Shown here: one piece after another, positions 38,867-49,464 of the stretch
Numbering within the stretch: the stretch's first letter is position 1
How the letters are laid out: the number at the start of each line of letters is the position of its first letter
From: Nitrosopumilus sp.
GTDB lineage: Archaea; Thermoproteota; Nitrososphaeria; Nitrososphaerales; Nitrosopumilaceae
DNA: 64,000 nucleotides
NCBI GenBank assembly: GCA_965197525.1
Contig: OZ240211.1
Coordinates: forward strand, 992,001 to 1,056,000
Direction of reading: 5' to 3'
The notes under the pieces: model-generated
What the model saw: only the letters and a program-made list of their open reading frames with translations
Told to the model about the DNA's origin: nothing
The model's database searches: none
Program-made: the position numbers and the translations under genes

Positions 38867-40162
38867 ATGTATTCTGTAATATTAACAGAACTAGGGATTT
38901 CTGTATTCAATGATGGAAAGCTAGACAAGGCATTTGCATTCTCAAACGCAGTAAAAGAGTATCTTTTAATAAAAAACAAGGAATCAAAACTCAACGAGCT
39001 TGTAAACTATCTAACAACGCTTCAGAGAGGAGTGTCAGTTAGTGATGAATCATTACTTGCGATTTTAAAAAAACATTCTATTGACTGTTACATTATGGAC
39101 GCATCAGAGTTGGAGACTGTTCAGGCATCAAAACCTCAGATTATTGTTGATTCGGGTTTTGCCTCAAACATGCAAGATACGCTTGGAAAACTCAGAGGAT
39201 TTGCATTAGAATTATCATCCTCAAAAGTCACAGAGATATCAGAGAGTCCCGATTTACACATAATTCAAGCAATCAACTCTTTAGACGAGGTTGACAAGAT
39301 TATAAATCAGCTCAGCTCAAGACTAAAAGAGTGGTACGGGTTGCATTTTCCAGAGTTGGAGAATGTGATTGATAGCATTAATGGATATGCACAAATAGTA
39401 ATGGCAGGCAAGCGAGAGTCATTAACAAAACAGGTTTTTGAAGATGCAGGGTTTCCAGAAACAAAAGTAGAGATGCTGGTGCTAATCTCATCGAAGAGCA
39501 GAGGAGGAGATATCTCAGACATTAATTTGACAATTGTACAGTCAATTGCAAAGCAGATTTTAGACTTTCATGATTTGCGTAAGAAGCTTGAAGATCATGT
39601 AGAGTCAGAGATGCAGAGAATTGCACCCAACCTCACAATAATACTGGGAGCAGCGGTAGGCGCAAGAATGTTGGGAAGGGCAGGCAGCCTAAAGAGGTTG
39701 GCGTTGCTTCCTGCAAGTACGATACAAGTTTTGGGAGCAGAAAAAGCGTTGTTTAGATCGCTAAAAACTGGAGCCCAACCGCCAAAACATGGATTGTTGT
39801 TTCAACACGCAGCAGTACATGCAGCTCCTAGATGGCAGAGAGGAAAGATTGCACGTGCAGTCGCTGCAAAGACAGTGATTGCTGCAAGGGTAGATGTGTA
39901 TGGAGAAGGAGTAAACAGTACGTTGCTTGAAAAACTCAACATACGAGTAGATGAGATTAGTAAAAAGTATGAGAATCCAACGGAAAAAGATATCAGACAG
40001 CCGTCATCTCAGCCTATGTTCAAGCGCGGAGATAGAGATGGGTACAAGGGCAACAGGGAAGACAGGGATAGGTTCAGAACCGGTAGCAGAAGAGAGAGCC
40101 GAGGGAATAACGAGAGATCAAATTCAAAGAAGAAGAAGAGAAAGAAGTTTGGAAGAAGATAA
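38867..40162 (+). CDS. nop5: C/D box sRNP protein Nop5 (Nop56/58)
   Basis: EWYGLHFPEL, QVLGAEKALF, PKHGLLF. Confidence 0.95.
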   Translation: MYSVILTELGISVFNDGKLDKAFAFSNAVKEYLLIKNKESKLNELVNYLTTLQRGVSVSDESLLAILKKHSIDCYIMDASELETVQASKPQIIVDSGFASNMQDTLGKLRGFALELSSSKVTEISESPDLHIIQAINSLDEVDKIINQLSSRLKEWYGLHFPELENVIDSINGYAQIVMAGKRESLTKQVFEDAGFPETKVEMLVLISSKSRGGDISDINLTIVQSIAKQILDFHDLRKKLEDHVESEMQRIAPNLTIILGAAVGARMLGRAGSLKRLALLPASTIQVLGAEKALFRSLKTGAQPPKHGLLFQHAAVHAAPRWQRGKIARAVAAKTVIAARVDVYGEGVNSTLLEKLNIRVDEISKKYENPTEKDIRQPSSQPMFKRGDRDGYKGNREDRDRFRTGSRRESRGNNERSNSKKKKRKKFGRR

Positions 40163-40823
40163 TCAGTCGTTTTTTTGGATCAAGTCAGAAGGACAAAAGA
40201 AACTAGCTACAGAAAACATGGTGCCAAGAAATCACGTCTATAAAGAAAAACTAGTCATTAAAAAAAACACAGAGTACAGACTGTGGGATCCGTTTAGAAG
40301 TAAGTTGGCAGCTGCCATAATGAATGAACTGGAATATTTTCCGTTTAAAAACAAGACCAAAGTCCTGTATTTGGGAGTGTCAACTGGAACCACAGTCAGC
40401 CACATATCAGATATTGTAGGTCCCAGCGGAGTAATCTTCGGAGTAGAGCATGCAAGCAGGGTTGCAAGAGAGTTCTTGGATAGAGTTGCATCACATAGGC
40501 CAAATATCGTTCCAATTTTACAAGATGCGAGAAAACCAAAAGAGTATTTTGCAGTATTCGGAAAGGTGGATGTGATATATGTGGATATTGCACAACCTGA
40601 TCAAACTGACATTGCAATAGAGAACTGTGAGATATTTTTAAAGAAAGGAGGATACTTTTTCCTAGTAATCAAAACAAGAAGTATCGATGTCACAAAAGAA
40701 CCAAAAAGAGTTATTGATCAAGAGATTCGAAAACTAAAAACACGATTCGATGTTTTGCAGACTATAGATTTGCATCCTTTTGACAAAGATCATGCAATGG
40801 TAGTTGCAAGATATAAAAATTAG
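40149..40823 (+). CDS. flpA: Fibrillarin-like rRNA/tRNA 2'-O-methyltransferase
   Basis: WDPFRSKLAAAI, LYLGVSTGTTVSH, DIAQPDQ; TTG start at 40149 inferred. Confidence 0.95.
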   Translation: MEEDNQSFFWIKSEGQKKLATENMVPRNHVYKEKLVIKKNTEYRLWDPFRSKLAAAIMNELEYFPFKNKTKVLYLGVSTGTTVSHISDIVGPSGVIFGVEHASRVAREFLDRVASHRPNIVPILQDARKPKEYFAVFGKVDVIYVDIAQPDQTDIAIENCEIFLKKGGYFFLVIKTRSIDVTKEPKRVIDQEIRKLKTRFDVLQTIDLHPFDKDHAMVVARYKN

Positions 40824-41443
40824 ACACTGTTCATTATTCGTATAACAGGTTTCCAACTTTTACGTATAAAATTAGGCATGATACGGTTTTGATTATAAAA
40901 CATGGTAGTAAAATTCACAGTTTTTGCATCAGAGGGATAACCGCTTCCAAGATTATTGTAATCTTTTCTTAATTTCGTTATTGCCCTATCACGCGTTACT
41001 TTGGCAAGAATAGATGCTGCAGATACCACTACAAACCTACTGTCTGCGTGATGATACGATCTAATCTTGTAGTTGCCAGATAGACTAGAGATCTTTCGCC
41101 CAAATCTCAACGGGTTAACATCACATGAATCAACATAGGAGACATCAGGATGCAGTTTTGAGACAACCCTTGCCATGTATTTTGCCTCTAGATCGTTTAG
41201 GCCGTGTTTTTTAACACTAGCGTCAATGGAACGAGGAGGAATCCTTACAACATGATAATCATCAACAGTGCGGATAATTTTTTTGTAAAAGTACTCACGT
41301 AGTCGTGGAGAGAGTTGTTTTGAGTCTTTAAGACCAAGTGAGGATAGTCTCTTCAAGTTTTTCTTATCTATTGAGACCCCAGCTATAACGAGAGGGCCAA
41401 GCATGGAACCTCTGCCCGCATCATCAACGCCACAAATTTGCAC
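40820..41443 (-). CDS. rnhB: Ribonuclease HII
   Basis: GVDDAGRG, DSKQL, AASILAKV, GSGYPSD. Confidence 0.95.
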   Translation of the reverse strand: MQICGVDDAGRGSMLGPLVIAGVSIDKKNLKRLSSLGLKDSKQLSPRLREYFYKKIIRTVDDYHVVRIPPRSIDASVKKHGLNDLEAKYMARVVSKLHPDVSYVDSCDVNPLRFGRKISSLSGNYKIRSYHHADSRFVVVSAASILAKVTRDRAITKLRKDYNNLGSGYPSDAKTVNFTTMFYNQNRIMPNFIRKSWKPVIRIMNSV

Positions 41444-41503
41444 GAATTTTATCTCAAGACACAAGTATTAAACCGTTAGACAATTGAAGAGAGTGAAAAA
41501 CAG

Positions 41504-42655
41504 TTGAAAATTCCTGACGAAACGCTACAAGAGATAACAGAAGGCACGACAAAGATTTTGGTTCCAAAAAAATCAATGACGGATATAGTGCCTCCAAAAA
41601 AACCAGCGTTCTTTAATCCAAGAGCAAGGGTAAACAGAGACATATCAATAGTTGCGTATGCTGCATTTCTTGACAAGTTTAAAGGACCAAAAATCTTCTT
41701 AGATGGACTATCAGGAATCGGTCCAAGAGGGCTACGAGTTGCAAACGAGTTAAAGAAGATTGAAGAGGTAACAATCAATGATCTAAATCCATCTGCACTT
41801 AGAATTGCAGAATATTCAGCAAAACTCAACGGATTAAAAAATATAAGGTTCTCTGAAAATGAGATATGCCGATTTCTAAGCAGCCATGCAAAGAAAGGAG
41901 AGCGAGGCTCAATAATAGACGTTGATCCATTTGGTTCTCCTGCACCGTTCTTTGACTGTGGTATAAGAGCAACTATGCACGGTGGCATACTGTCTACAAC
42001 AGCAACTGATCTTCAAGTGTTAAACGGGTTATTTCAGGATGCGTGTAAGAGAAGATACGGAGGTACGCCAATCAGAGTAGAATATGGAGACGAGATGGCA
42101 ATTAGGTTAATTCTTGGCTGTCTTGGAACAACATCTGCAAGACTGGGAGTTACAATGATGCCATTGTTTGTAGAAAGCGAGATGCACTACTATAGAACAT
42201 ATGTCAAGATTCTAAATCGGCCAGACCAACAAAACAATCTAGGATACATCCTTCATTGTAAAAACTGTAAACACAGAAAGGTTGGACTGCAACAAGATCA
42301 AGAGTGTGAATTGTGCAAGTCAAAAATCAGTATTGCAGGACCGTTATGGATTGGGAAGATTTTCGAGAAGGAATTCATTGAATGTATGTTGCTACAGGTA
42401 CCTAACCTTCAAGTGGATAAGGTATGTAAAAAAACACTTGACAAATGTCTTGAGGAATCTGAGATGCCCGGAACATACTTCACATTAGATGAAGTGGCAG
42501 CAGAAATGAAAGGATCACCTCCAAAGTTAGAATATGCAATATCAGGTTTACAAAAAAATAATTTTCAAGCAAGTGTTACATCTTTTAGTCCAACAGGATT
42601 TAGAACCAATGCCAACATTGATGAGATAATCCAAGTTTTCAGGACTGTCCAGTAA
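41504..42655 (+). CDS. trm1: tRNA (guanine-N2)-dimethyltransferase
   Basis: FFNP..NRD, DVDPFGSP, GPLWIG, TGFRT. Confidence 0.93.
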   Translation: MKIPDETLQEITEGTTKILVPKKSMTDIVPPKKPAFFNPRARVNRDISIVAYAAFLDKFKGPKIFLDGLSGIGPRGLRVANELKKIEEVTINDLNPSALRIAEYSAKLNGLKNIRFSENEICRFLSSHAKKGERGSIIDVDPFGSPAPFFDCGIRATMHGGILSTTATDLQVLNGLFQDACKRRYGGTPIRVEYGDEMAIRLILGCLGTTSARLGVTMMPLFVESEMHYYRTYVKILNRPDQQNNLGYILHCKNCKHRKVGLQQDQECELCKSKISIAGPLWIGKIFEKEFIECMLLQVPNLQVDKVCKKTLDKCLEESEMPGTYFTLDEVAAEMKGSPPKLEYAISGLQKNNFQASVTSFSPTGFRTNANIDEIIQVFRTVQ

Positions 42656-43241
42656 AGCCCAGACAGACATAGTATAGCTCACTGCTCTGTTTTCTACTAG
42701 CCTTGGGTTTTGTAAGATTAATTCTTAGAAATTTTTTCTTGACATAGTCTTTAAACTCCATGGAGTATTCACCGTCAAATATCTTGAAAATCGCATTTCC
42801 TTTATGTGCTAAAACTTTGTCCATAATTTTGGCGCAACTGTAGTTCAAAGAGATCTGCTTGGCATGATCAACTGACCAATTTCCACTAACCTGAGGAGAA
42901 AGATCACAGATCACAGCGTTGACTTTGCGCCCAAAATAAGACATTATCTCGTCGACTACGTGTTCACAATCATCAATATCCTCTCGAATGATGTAGGCAT
43001 TCGGAATCTCTTCTACATATGATAGGTCAATGCCCATCACACGCCCTTGATTTCCCACTAGCTTTACTGCCATTTGGGTCCACCCGCCGGGAGCACAGCC
43101 AAGATCCAAGACGTTGAAACCCGGTCCAACTATACGATATGACTGATTCAATTCTTTTAACTTGTATGCAGCACGACTGCGATAACCTTGCTCATGTGCT
43201 AATTTGCGATAATAATCCTTACGTGCATCTATGAGTTTCAT
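42639..43241 (-). CDS. rlmE: 23S rRNA (uridine-2'-O)-methyltransferase RlmE/FtsJ
   Basis: YRSRAAYKL, DLGCAPGGW, ASRKQSSELY. Confidence 0.94.
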   Translation of the reverse strand: MKLIDARKDYYRKLAHEQGYRSRAAYKLKELNQSYRIVGPGFNVLDLGCAPGGWTQMAVKLVGNQGRVMGIDLSYVEEIPNAYIIREDIDDCEHVVDEIMSYFGRKVNAVICDLSPQVSGNWSVDHAKQISLNYSCAKIMDKVLAHKGNAIFKIFDGEYSMEFKDYVKKKFLRINLTKPKASRKQSSELYYVCLGFTGQS

Positions 43242-44458
43242 TTAGACTTCACAGGTTTTTTCAGTTCAAGAATTACCCAATCTTCAATAAGTTGACAAGT
43301 TTTAGGGCTTATCTCACCATCAAGCGAGCATTTTTGCTCTACAGGACATACTAGACATGGTGCATTCTCAATGGATTGTGTACTAATTGGTGTCTTTTTT
43401 AAAATTAATTTATAGGTCCAACGATTATTCTCAAGAAGCTTTTCTCGTGTGATTGTCCCCATTCTTTCAAGTTTTAAGGCTAAGCGAGAACCATCACGAC
43501 CTGTAAGTTTGAGTTTCTTCCACAACTCAGTTTGAAACATTCCACTAGATTCACGTTCTGCAAGAATGTCACAGACCTTGTTTGTCAACCGTTCCATGTC
43601 AACTTTTTCAATTTGAAAGTTTTCGATCTCTTCATCAGAGAGCTGTTCTTCTAGCTCTTCTTCTAGTGTCTTTTCAGCTTCTCTTTTAGCATCTGCCAAT
43701 TCTTGTTTAGTTAATTTTTTTGCTTTAACAGGCTTTTCTGGCGTTTGAGTAGATTTTTTGGCTGTTGTTTTTTTGGCGGGTTTCTTTGATTCTGCTTTTT
43801 TGGTTTGTTTTGGTTTTTTAGTTGGTTTTGATGAAGAAGATGTAGATTTCTTTGATTCTGCTTTTTTGGTTTGTTTTGGTTTTTTAGTTGGTTTTGATGA
43901 AGAAGATGTAGATTTCTTTGATTCTGCTTTTTTGGTTTGTTTTGGTTTTTTAGTTGGTTTTGATGAAGAAGATGTAGATTTCTTTGATTCTGCTTTTTTG
44001 GTTTGTTTTGGTTTTTTAGTTGGTTTTGATTTAGATTCTTTGCTTGTAGATGGTGATGTAGTAGATTTTTTGGCTGTTGTTTTTTTGGCGGGTTTCTTTG
44101 ATTCTGCTTTTTTGGTTTGTTTTGGTTTTTTAGTTGGTTTTGATGAAGAAGATGTAGATTTCTTTGATTCTGCTTTTTTGGTTTGTTTTGGTTTTTTAGT
44201 TGGTTTTGATGAAGAAGATGTAGATTTCTTTGATTCTGCTTTTTTGGTTTGTTTTGGTTTTTTAGTTGGTTTTGATTTAGATTCTTTGCTTGTAGATGGT
44301 GATGTAGTAGATTTTTTGGCTGTTGTTTTTTTGGCGGGTTTTGTTGTAGTTTTTGATGAATCCTGTGCACTCTGTGATCTGGTTAACCCAATAGGATCAG
44401 CTGTAGCTGAGTCCTTACCTATACTACTACCGGTCAAAGCATCTCTTTTCTGTACCAC
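43238..44458 (-). CDS. RPC34-like wHTH/Cys-cluster protein with long Lys/Ser/Pro-rich repeat N-terminus
   Basis: GMFQTELWKKL wHTH; PCLVCPVEQKC..ISPKTC Cys cluster typical of archaeal RPC34 orthologues. Confidence 0.78.
   Translation of the reverse strand: MVQKRDALTGSSIGKDSATADPIGLTRSQSAQDSSKTTTKPAKKTTAKKSTTSPSTSKESKSKPTKKPKQTKKAESKKSTSSSSKPTKKPKQTKKAESKKSTSSSSKPTKKPKQTKKAESKKPAKKTTAKKSTTSPSTSKESKSKPTKKPKQTKKAESKKSTSSSSKPTKKPKQTKKAESKKSTSSSSKPTKKPKQTKKAESKKSTSSSSKPTKKPKQTKKAESKKPAKKTTAKKSTQTPEKPVKAKKLTKQELADAKREAEKTLEEELEEQLSDEEIENFQIEKVDMERLTNKVCDILAERESSGMFQTELWKKLKLTGRDGSRLALKLERMGTITREKLLENNRWTYKLILKKTPISTQSIENAPCLVCPVEQKCSLDGEISPKTCQLIEDWVILELKKPVKSK
43748..44338 (-). repeat. In-frame higher-order tandem array (114-bp B and 66-bp A units: B-A-A-B-A-A-A)
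   Basis: A=STSSSSKPTKKPKQTKKAESKK; B=PAKKTTAKKSTTSPSTSKESKSKPTKKPKQTKKAESKK. Confidence 0.95.
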
Positions 44459-44514
44459 TATATATCACCATATCTCTTGATTCATTTTCTTATCTATCAA
44501 TCTCTATTTCATTC

Positions 44515-44967
44515 CTATTTAACAGTAAATAATCCTCTTCCATTAATCATATCTAATTCTTTTGAAACGATTTCTACAACTAATTCATAAGAACCAGGCG
44601 TCTGGACGACTTCAGAAAATTCTAGTGGATGCATCATATCTGGTGCACTAACACATTGATCAAAAAATCCATTCTGAACTACTACAGTATCACTTGTAGT
44701 ATCATAGATTGTGACATATATATCTCCACAGCTAAATGATGGATGAGCAATTTGCAATGCAATCTCTACTGGTTCTGAGGTAGTGTACTCTTCAGATAAT
44801 CCAATTATTCCAACTAAAGTGTCAGATGTAGAGTGTCCACTTCCAAACTGCCACATATTTAATTCTCTGCCAGGTTGCTCAACTATACCGTTTAGCACTA
44901 CAGCACCCAAAAATATTGAAAAGATTACAGGAAGCACAAATACAACAAAAACTCTCATAGTAGCCAT
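44515..44967 (-). CDS. Hypothetical membrane-anchored protein
   Basis: N-terminal TM helix followed by a beta-rich domain. Confidence 0.7.
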   Translation of the reverse strand: MATMRVFVVFVLPVIFSIFLGAVVLNGIVEQPGRELNMWQFGSGHSTSDTLVGIIGLSEEYTTSEPVEIALQIAHPSFSCGDIYVTIYDTTSDTVVVQNGFFDQCVSAPDMMHPLEFSEVVQTPGSYELVVEIVSKELDMINGRGLFTVK

Positions 44968-45069
44968 TTTACTTTAAGTGACATAATTCCCTTATATCTA
45001 TTTAGTAAAATCTGTCAAAGGTAAGTGTTTGACGAATGAGTTAAATCGTAGTCAACTAAGTATTGATAG

Positions 45070-47163
45070 ATGAGGCTTAGAAAATTCAGAGTAAAGGCAT
45101 ATCGTTGCATTCATGATTCAGGAGAGATCACGGTAGGTGATCTAGCTGCCTTTGTGGGAAGAAACGAGAGTGGAAAGACCACAATTCTTCAGGCATTAAC
45201 ACTGTTAAACAAAGATGAAAAAGTCTCAGAGTTAGATCTTTGTGATGAGATGGTCGAAGAGTTAAAAGAGGAGGTAAGATTAGCAGAAGGGGAATTTGAG
45301 TTAAACCAGCACGAGCGTAATATAATTAAACAAAAGTTTCCAGGTTTAGCGGACGTTAAAAAAATTAAGCTAGTGCGAACAAATCAAAGCCCAAAAATCC
45401 AGTATGAATTTGAAGATATTGAACTCGATGAAAGTGAGAATGCAGGGATCAATTCTTGGGAGAATTTCACAAGGCAGATATTTGGATTCTTAGATACCAT
45501 TCCAAATCACTTGAGAATACAAGTAGATACGAGCTTCTTTGATGGCGGTGTTCCAAAAAATCAAGAGGTATTTGAGAGAGAGATGGCAGAATTTAGCAAT
45601 CGTTTTCATGTACTGGCTACTCAAGAACGTAGGGTCATTGAAGAATGGGAAAAGATCTATCAAGATCCTGAGAATCAATTCACAAATCTTCTAAGCGGCA
45701 GTAGTGAAAAGACAGCATTACAAAATTTTGTTGCATCAGAGTTGCACCCACGATTTGTCTACTTTTCAGATTACAAGAAAATATACGGCAACATCAACCT
45801 CAATGAATACATCAGAGAGACAACTGGTGAGCGTGGAGATTCAATCGAGTATATTGAAGAGTTTGACAAGGCAGAGACGGTAAGAAACCTCTTTTATTTG
45901 GCAGAGCTGGACATAAGAGAACTAGATAACGTAAAAAATAGTCCGTCAAAATGTATCAAGCTGCTCAACACAGCAAGTAGCAGATTATCTAAAAAACTGA
46001 ATCCCGCATGGAAAGGAGATCCTATTTATGTTGATTTGAGGTATAATCCGGGTAATATAATGAGTGTAGTAATTTCAGATGTTCATAGAGATGGCACTAT
46101 TACAAATACAGGGCTATTAAATAGAAGAGCAGAAGGTTTCAAATGGACATTTTCGTTTATAGTAAACTTTGCAGCAGAGACACAGAGAGCAGAACTAAAA
46201 GAGGCAATACTGCTTTTAGATGAACCAGCAAGAAATCTTCATCCTACTCAACAAATGGGAATCTCAGAGTTGCTGAAGAATTTGGCAGGATCAAACCAAG
46301 TTTTGTATGCTACACATTCGCCATTTATGATATTTGATTATACTCCAGGTAATCTGCTGGTCGTAGAGTTGGATAAAAGAAAACATCTCAGTAGGATATT
46401 TTACGACTACTGGAATGCTGATGATAAGACACTGACACCGGTTTTGTATGGGTTGTGCAGAGGACAAGTTGAGTCTATTGTAGACAGAGCGATTGGAGCA
46501 AACTCTAGACCAGTAATAATTGTAGAGACAATGTCTGATTCTATGTATCTGAACGCATTTGACAAATTATTACAAGATCCAAACATATCAATGAATCCAC
46601 TCAATGTTGTTGCAGCGCATAGTAAAAATTCGGTTCTCCCGCTTGCGATATTTTACAGGAATCACGGTTACAAGACATTTATCTTGCTAGATAATTCAGA
46701 AGAGTCAAAACATATTACAGCACAGCTGAGTTCGAATGATTTTTCAAGATTTCAGATCATCTTCTTTGAGAAAGAAGGAAAGAAGATAGACTCAATTGAA
46801 GAATATATGACTCTGGAGGATTATGTGTATCCAGTGAATCAAACGTATGAGATAAAGTTAAGAGATGAGGGTTTCTCAAACATTACGCCCCAAGACGTAT
46901 TGGTAAAAGACGGTAGAGGAATGTTAGATAAATTAAATAGCATATGGCGAGATAATGCAGAGAACGACTGGGGCGAATTTAACAATGAAGATATTACAAG
47001 GTATATTTGTGAAAAGATCGCATTAGGAGAGACTGATTTTATATCAGATAAGACAAAAGACCAATTCAGAACACTATACCGACTAATTGCTGAAAGAATA
47101 AGACAATATCAAAACATCTCTACAAAATCGGAATTGGATAAATTTCAAAAAGGAGATGGGTGA
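45070..47163 (+). CDS. ABC-type AAA ATPase with TOPRIM-like C-terminus (OLD-family-like)
   Basis: GRNESGKTT, LLLDEPARNLHP, THSPF; IIVETMSD and LLDNS TOPRIM-like motifs. Confidence 0.75.
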   Translation: MRLRKFRVKAYRCIHDSGEITVGDLAAFVGRNESGKTTILQALTLLNKDEKVSELDLCDEMVEELKEEVRLAEGEFELNQHERNIIKQKFPGLADVKKIKLVRTNQSPKIQYEFEDIELDESENAGINSWENFTRQIFGFLDTIPNHLRIQVDTSFFDGGVPKNQEVFEREMAEFSNRFHVLATQERRVIEEWEKIYQDPENQFTNLLSGSSEKTALQNFVASELHPRFVYFSDYKKIYGNINLNEYIRETTGERGDSIEYIEEFDKAETVRNLFYLAELDIRELDNVKNSPSKCIKLLNTASSRLSKKLNPAWKGDPIYVDLRYNPGNIMSVVISDVHRDGTITNTGLLNRRAEGFKWTFSFIVNFAAETQRAELKEAILLLDEPARNLHPTQQMGISELLKNLAGSNQVLYATHSPFMIFDYTPGNLLVVELDKRKHLSRIFYDYWNADDKTLTPVLYGLCRGQVESIVDRAIGANSRPVIIVETMSDSMYLNAFDKLLQDPNISMNPLNVVAAHSKNSVLPLAIFYRNHGYKTFILLDNSEESKHITAQLSSNDFSRFQIIFFEKEGKKIDSIEEYMTLEDYVYPVNQTYEIKLRDEGFSNITPQDVLVKDGRGMLDKLNSIWRDNAENDWGEFNNEDITRYICEKIALGETDFISDKTKDQFRTLYRLIAERIRQYQNISTKSELDKFQKGDG

Positions 47164-47243
47164 GATACAAAAATTGCTTATAAAAAACACGAAACAAGAT
47201 AGTACAAATATGTGTAGGAGTATAGGTAAATGAGTGATGCTCA

Positions 47244-49439
47244 ATGATGTATGTGAACAGATTTATCACTACTGCGACTATGACTATTACCACTAAACGA
47301 ATTCTTATTTCAGCAGCGGTGCTACTAGTGATGTTTTCATTCACATTAACGATATCTGAGCCTACAGATGCGTATGCTGAAGGAGCTACAATGACAAGCA
47401 TTGCACTAGAAGAGACGATAGTATTGGAACTAACAAATGATTCAGATGTGGGTATAGTCATGTTAAGAATTTGGCCTGAACCGGACTTTAATTTTCAATC
47501 ATTCAAGACTGAGAGAGGATGGGCAGGGGTAAAGAATTCGGTGGGCGTAATTATATTTACAACAACAGAGCCAATAGGACCTTCAGAGTCAGTAAAGTTT
47601 GGAGTAAAGACGGACAGACCTATTCAAAATATCAATTGGAAGGCATTAGACGGCCAAGAAAATATCATAGGTCTAGAGAAACTATTCCTAACTCAGATGC
47701 CTACAAGTGGTGATAAGGATACGCAGGATCCCATAATACCAAATAAACAGGTAGAACAAGGGGTAACTAGCGAATCAACGTTCAGAATAATTCCAGAGAG
47801 ACCAAATGTTGGCTCACCGATTAGAGTAACAGGAGAAGAGTTTGGTCCATCAGAAAAGTTTTCTTTTCATATTAATGACAAACAGATTGGTACCTTTACT
47901 ACAAACGAAGATGGTAACTTTATGACCACAATGAAGATTCCTGATGATCAAGAGGCAGACAGAACAGAGTTCATAGTAAGAGATCAAGAAGGAGAGGAGA
48001 AGACCTTGAGTATCAGGATAACTGATGTCCCTGACAGAACTGTTCCCTCACATAGCATTCCGCTTACGATAAATGGAATTCCAAATGTTGTTTATCAAGG
48101 CGACCTTTTGAATATTTTTGGAACCGGAAACCCCGGCAGTGCGATAACTGCGATAATCACTACGCCTACAGGTGAGATTATCAATTCTAGAACAGCAGAG
48201 ATAGATAGCAAGGGGGACTGGAAGATAGATGAGCCGGTAATTGTATCAGCAGATAGTCAATTTGGCTTGTACACTGCAACAATTACTGACGGACGAGAAA
48301 GTAAACAAATTACATGGACCGTTGAATCAGATAAGAAGATTCTCATCCAGCCAACTAATATAAGATTTGAACGGGGAGATACCATATCATTTAATGGTAC
48401 GGCAGTACCCAACAAACCAATTGACTTGACATTAGAAGATCCTCTTGGAACAGAGATTGGTTCAAGGATCATACAAGTAAATAATGCAGGTGATGTGACA
48501 GTAGAATTTCCAACTATACCAAGCATAGATGAAGGAACGTATACATTGATTGCGGTTCAAGACGGACGTACAGAGTTTGTTTATGTAGGAGTAGGAGAGT
48601 TGCCAGTAACGCCAATCAGATTTGAGTTTGATAAACTAAATTATAAAAAAGGAGATACGGCAATAATCACACTATCAGGCAAGAAATCAGATACTATTGA
48701 TTTGGTGATAATTGATACGTCTGATAGGCCAAAAGGAAATTCGACATCAATTAAATTGCAGTCAGATGGACGTGCAACGCACGGTATAAAATTAGATGAC
48801 TATAAAACCGGAGTGTATACTGCAGTTGTCAGCAAGGGCGGCACCCAGAGTGAAAAAACGTTCACAGTAGGCCTAAAGACAACATTTGGAGAGATTGACA
48901 TAAACACCACAAAGACAGAGTATACTAAAGGAGACCCAATACTGATTTTAGGAAGTGTGGATGGTCCTCATGCTCTTCTTACAATAAGCATGATAAACCC
49001 TGCAGGGGAGACAGTAAAGAGTATAGAGACGTTTTCAGATTTAAATGGAAAGATATCTGATGATTCGTTTAGAATTCCAGTAGATGCGGAGATAGGAGAG
49101 TGGACAATTAAAGCACAAGGCGCATCAAGTTTCCATAATGTTAGTATTCAGGTACAAGCGGATATTACAGAAGGAGTAGTAATAGATGTAAGAGATAGTG
49201 ATTTATCTACAGGACAGAACAGAATTATAGATATTCATGTATCTGGTGCAAAAGACAAAGTGCGCATGGAGATTATAGCAGCAGACGGCGAGGTGGTAGC
49301 CATACTAGAAGGGAGCATAACTAATAACGGCGATCACGCTCAACCATGGTCCATTCCAGATAATATTGTACCTGGAACATACAGGATCACAGTCACAGAT
49401 CATCGCACCAGTAATGAAACAACTTTTGAGATTCAATAA
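47244..49439 (+). CDS. Large secreted Ig-like repeat surface protein
   Basis: Signal-peptide-like segment; repeated beta-sandwich-like units ending G.YT.. Confidence 0.75.
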   Translation: MMYVNRFITTATMTITTKRILISAAVLLVMFSFTLTISEPTDAYAEGATMTSIALEETIVLELTNDSDVGIVMLRIWPEPDFNFQSFKTERGWAGVKNSVGVIIFTTTEPIGPSESVKFGVKTDRPIQNINWKALDGQENIIGLEKLFLTQMPTSGDKDTQDPIIPNKQVEQGVTSESTFRIIPERPNVGSPIRVTGEEFGPSEKFSFHINDKQIGTFTTNEDGNFMTTMKIPDDQEADRTEFIVRDQEGEEKTLSIRITDVPDRTVPSHSIPLTINGIPNVVYQGDLLNIFGTGNPGSAITAIITTPTGEIINSRTAEIDSKGDWKIDEPVIVSADSQFGLYTATITDGRESKQITWTVESDKKILIQPTNIRFERGDTISFNGTAVPNKPIDLTLEDPLGTEIGSRIIQVNNAGDVTVEFPTIPSIDEGTYTLIAVQDGRTEFVYVGVGELPVTPIRFEFDKLNYKKGDTAIITLSGKKSDTIDLVIIDTSDRPKGNSTSIKLQSDGRATHGIKLDDYKTGVYTAVVSKGGTQSEKTFTVGLKTTFGEIDINTTKTEYTKGDPILILGSVDGPHALLTISMINPAGETVKSIETFSDLNGKISDDSFRIPVDAEIGEWTIKAQGASSFHNVSIQVQADITEGVVIDVRDSDLSTGQNRIIDIHVSGAKDKVRMEIIAADGEVVAILEGSITNNGDHAQPWSIPDNIVPGTYRITVTDHRTSNETTFEIQ

Positions 49440-49464
49440 ATAATATCAAACAATTTTATTTCCC

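Noticed and set aside
39951-40148. N-terminal extension of fibrillarin
   Set aside because: It overlaps the nop5 3' end in another frame; the recognisable protein begins at TTG 40149.
43711-44480. Alternative-frame 219-aa and antisense 240-aa ORFs over the repeat array
   Set aside because: Stop-free shadows of an in-frame tandem repeat; only the 406-aa frame connects to a recognisable domain.
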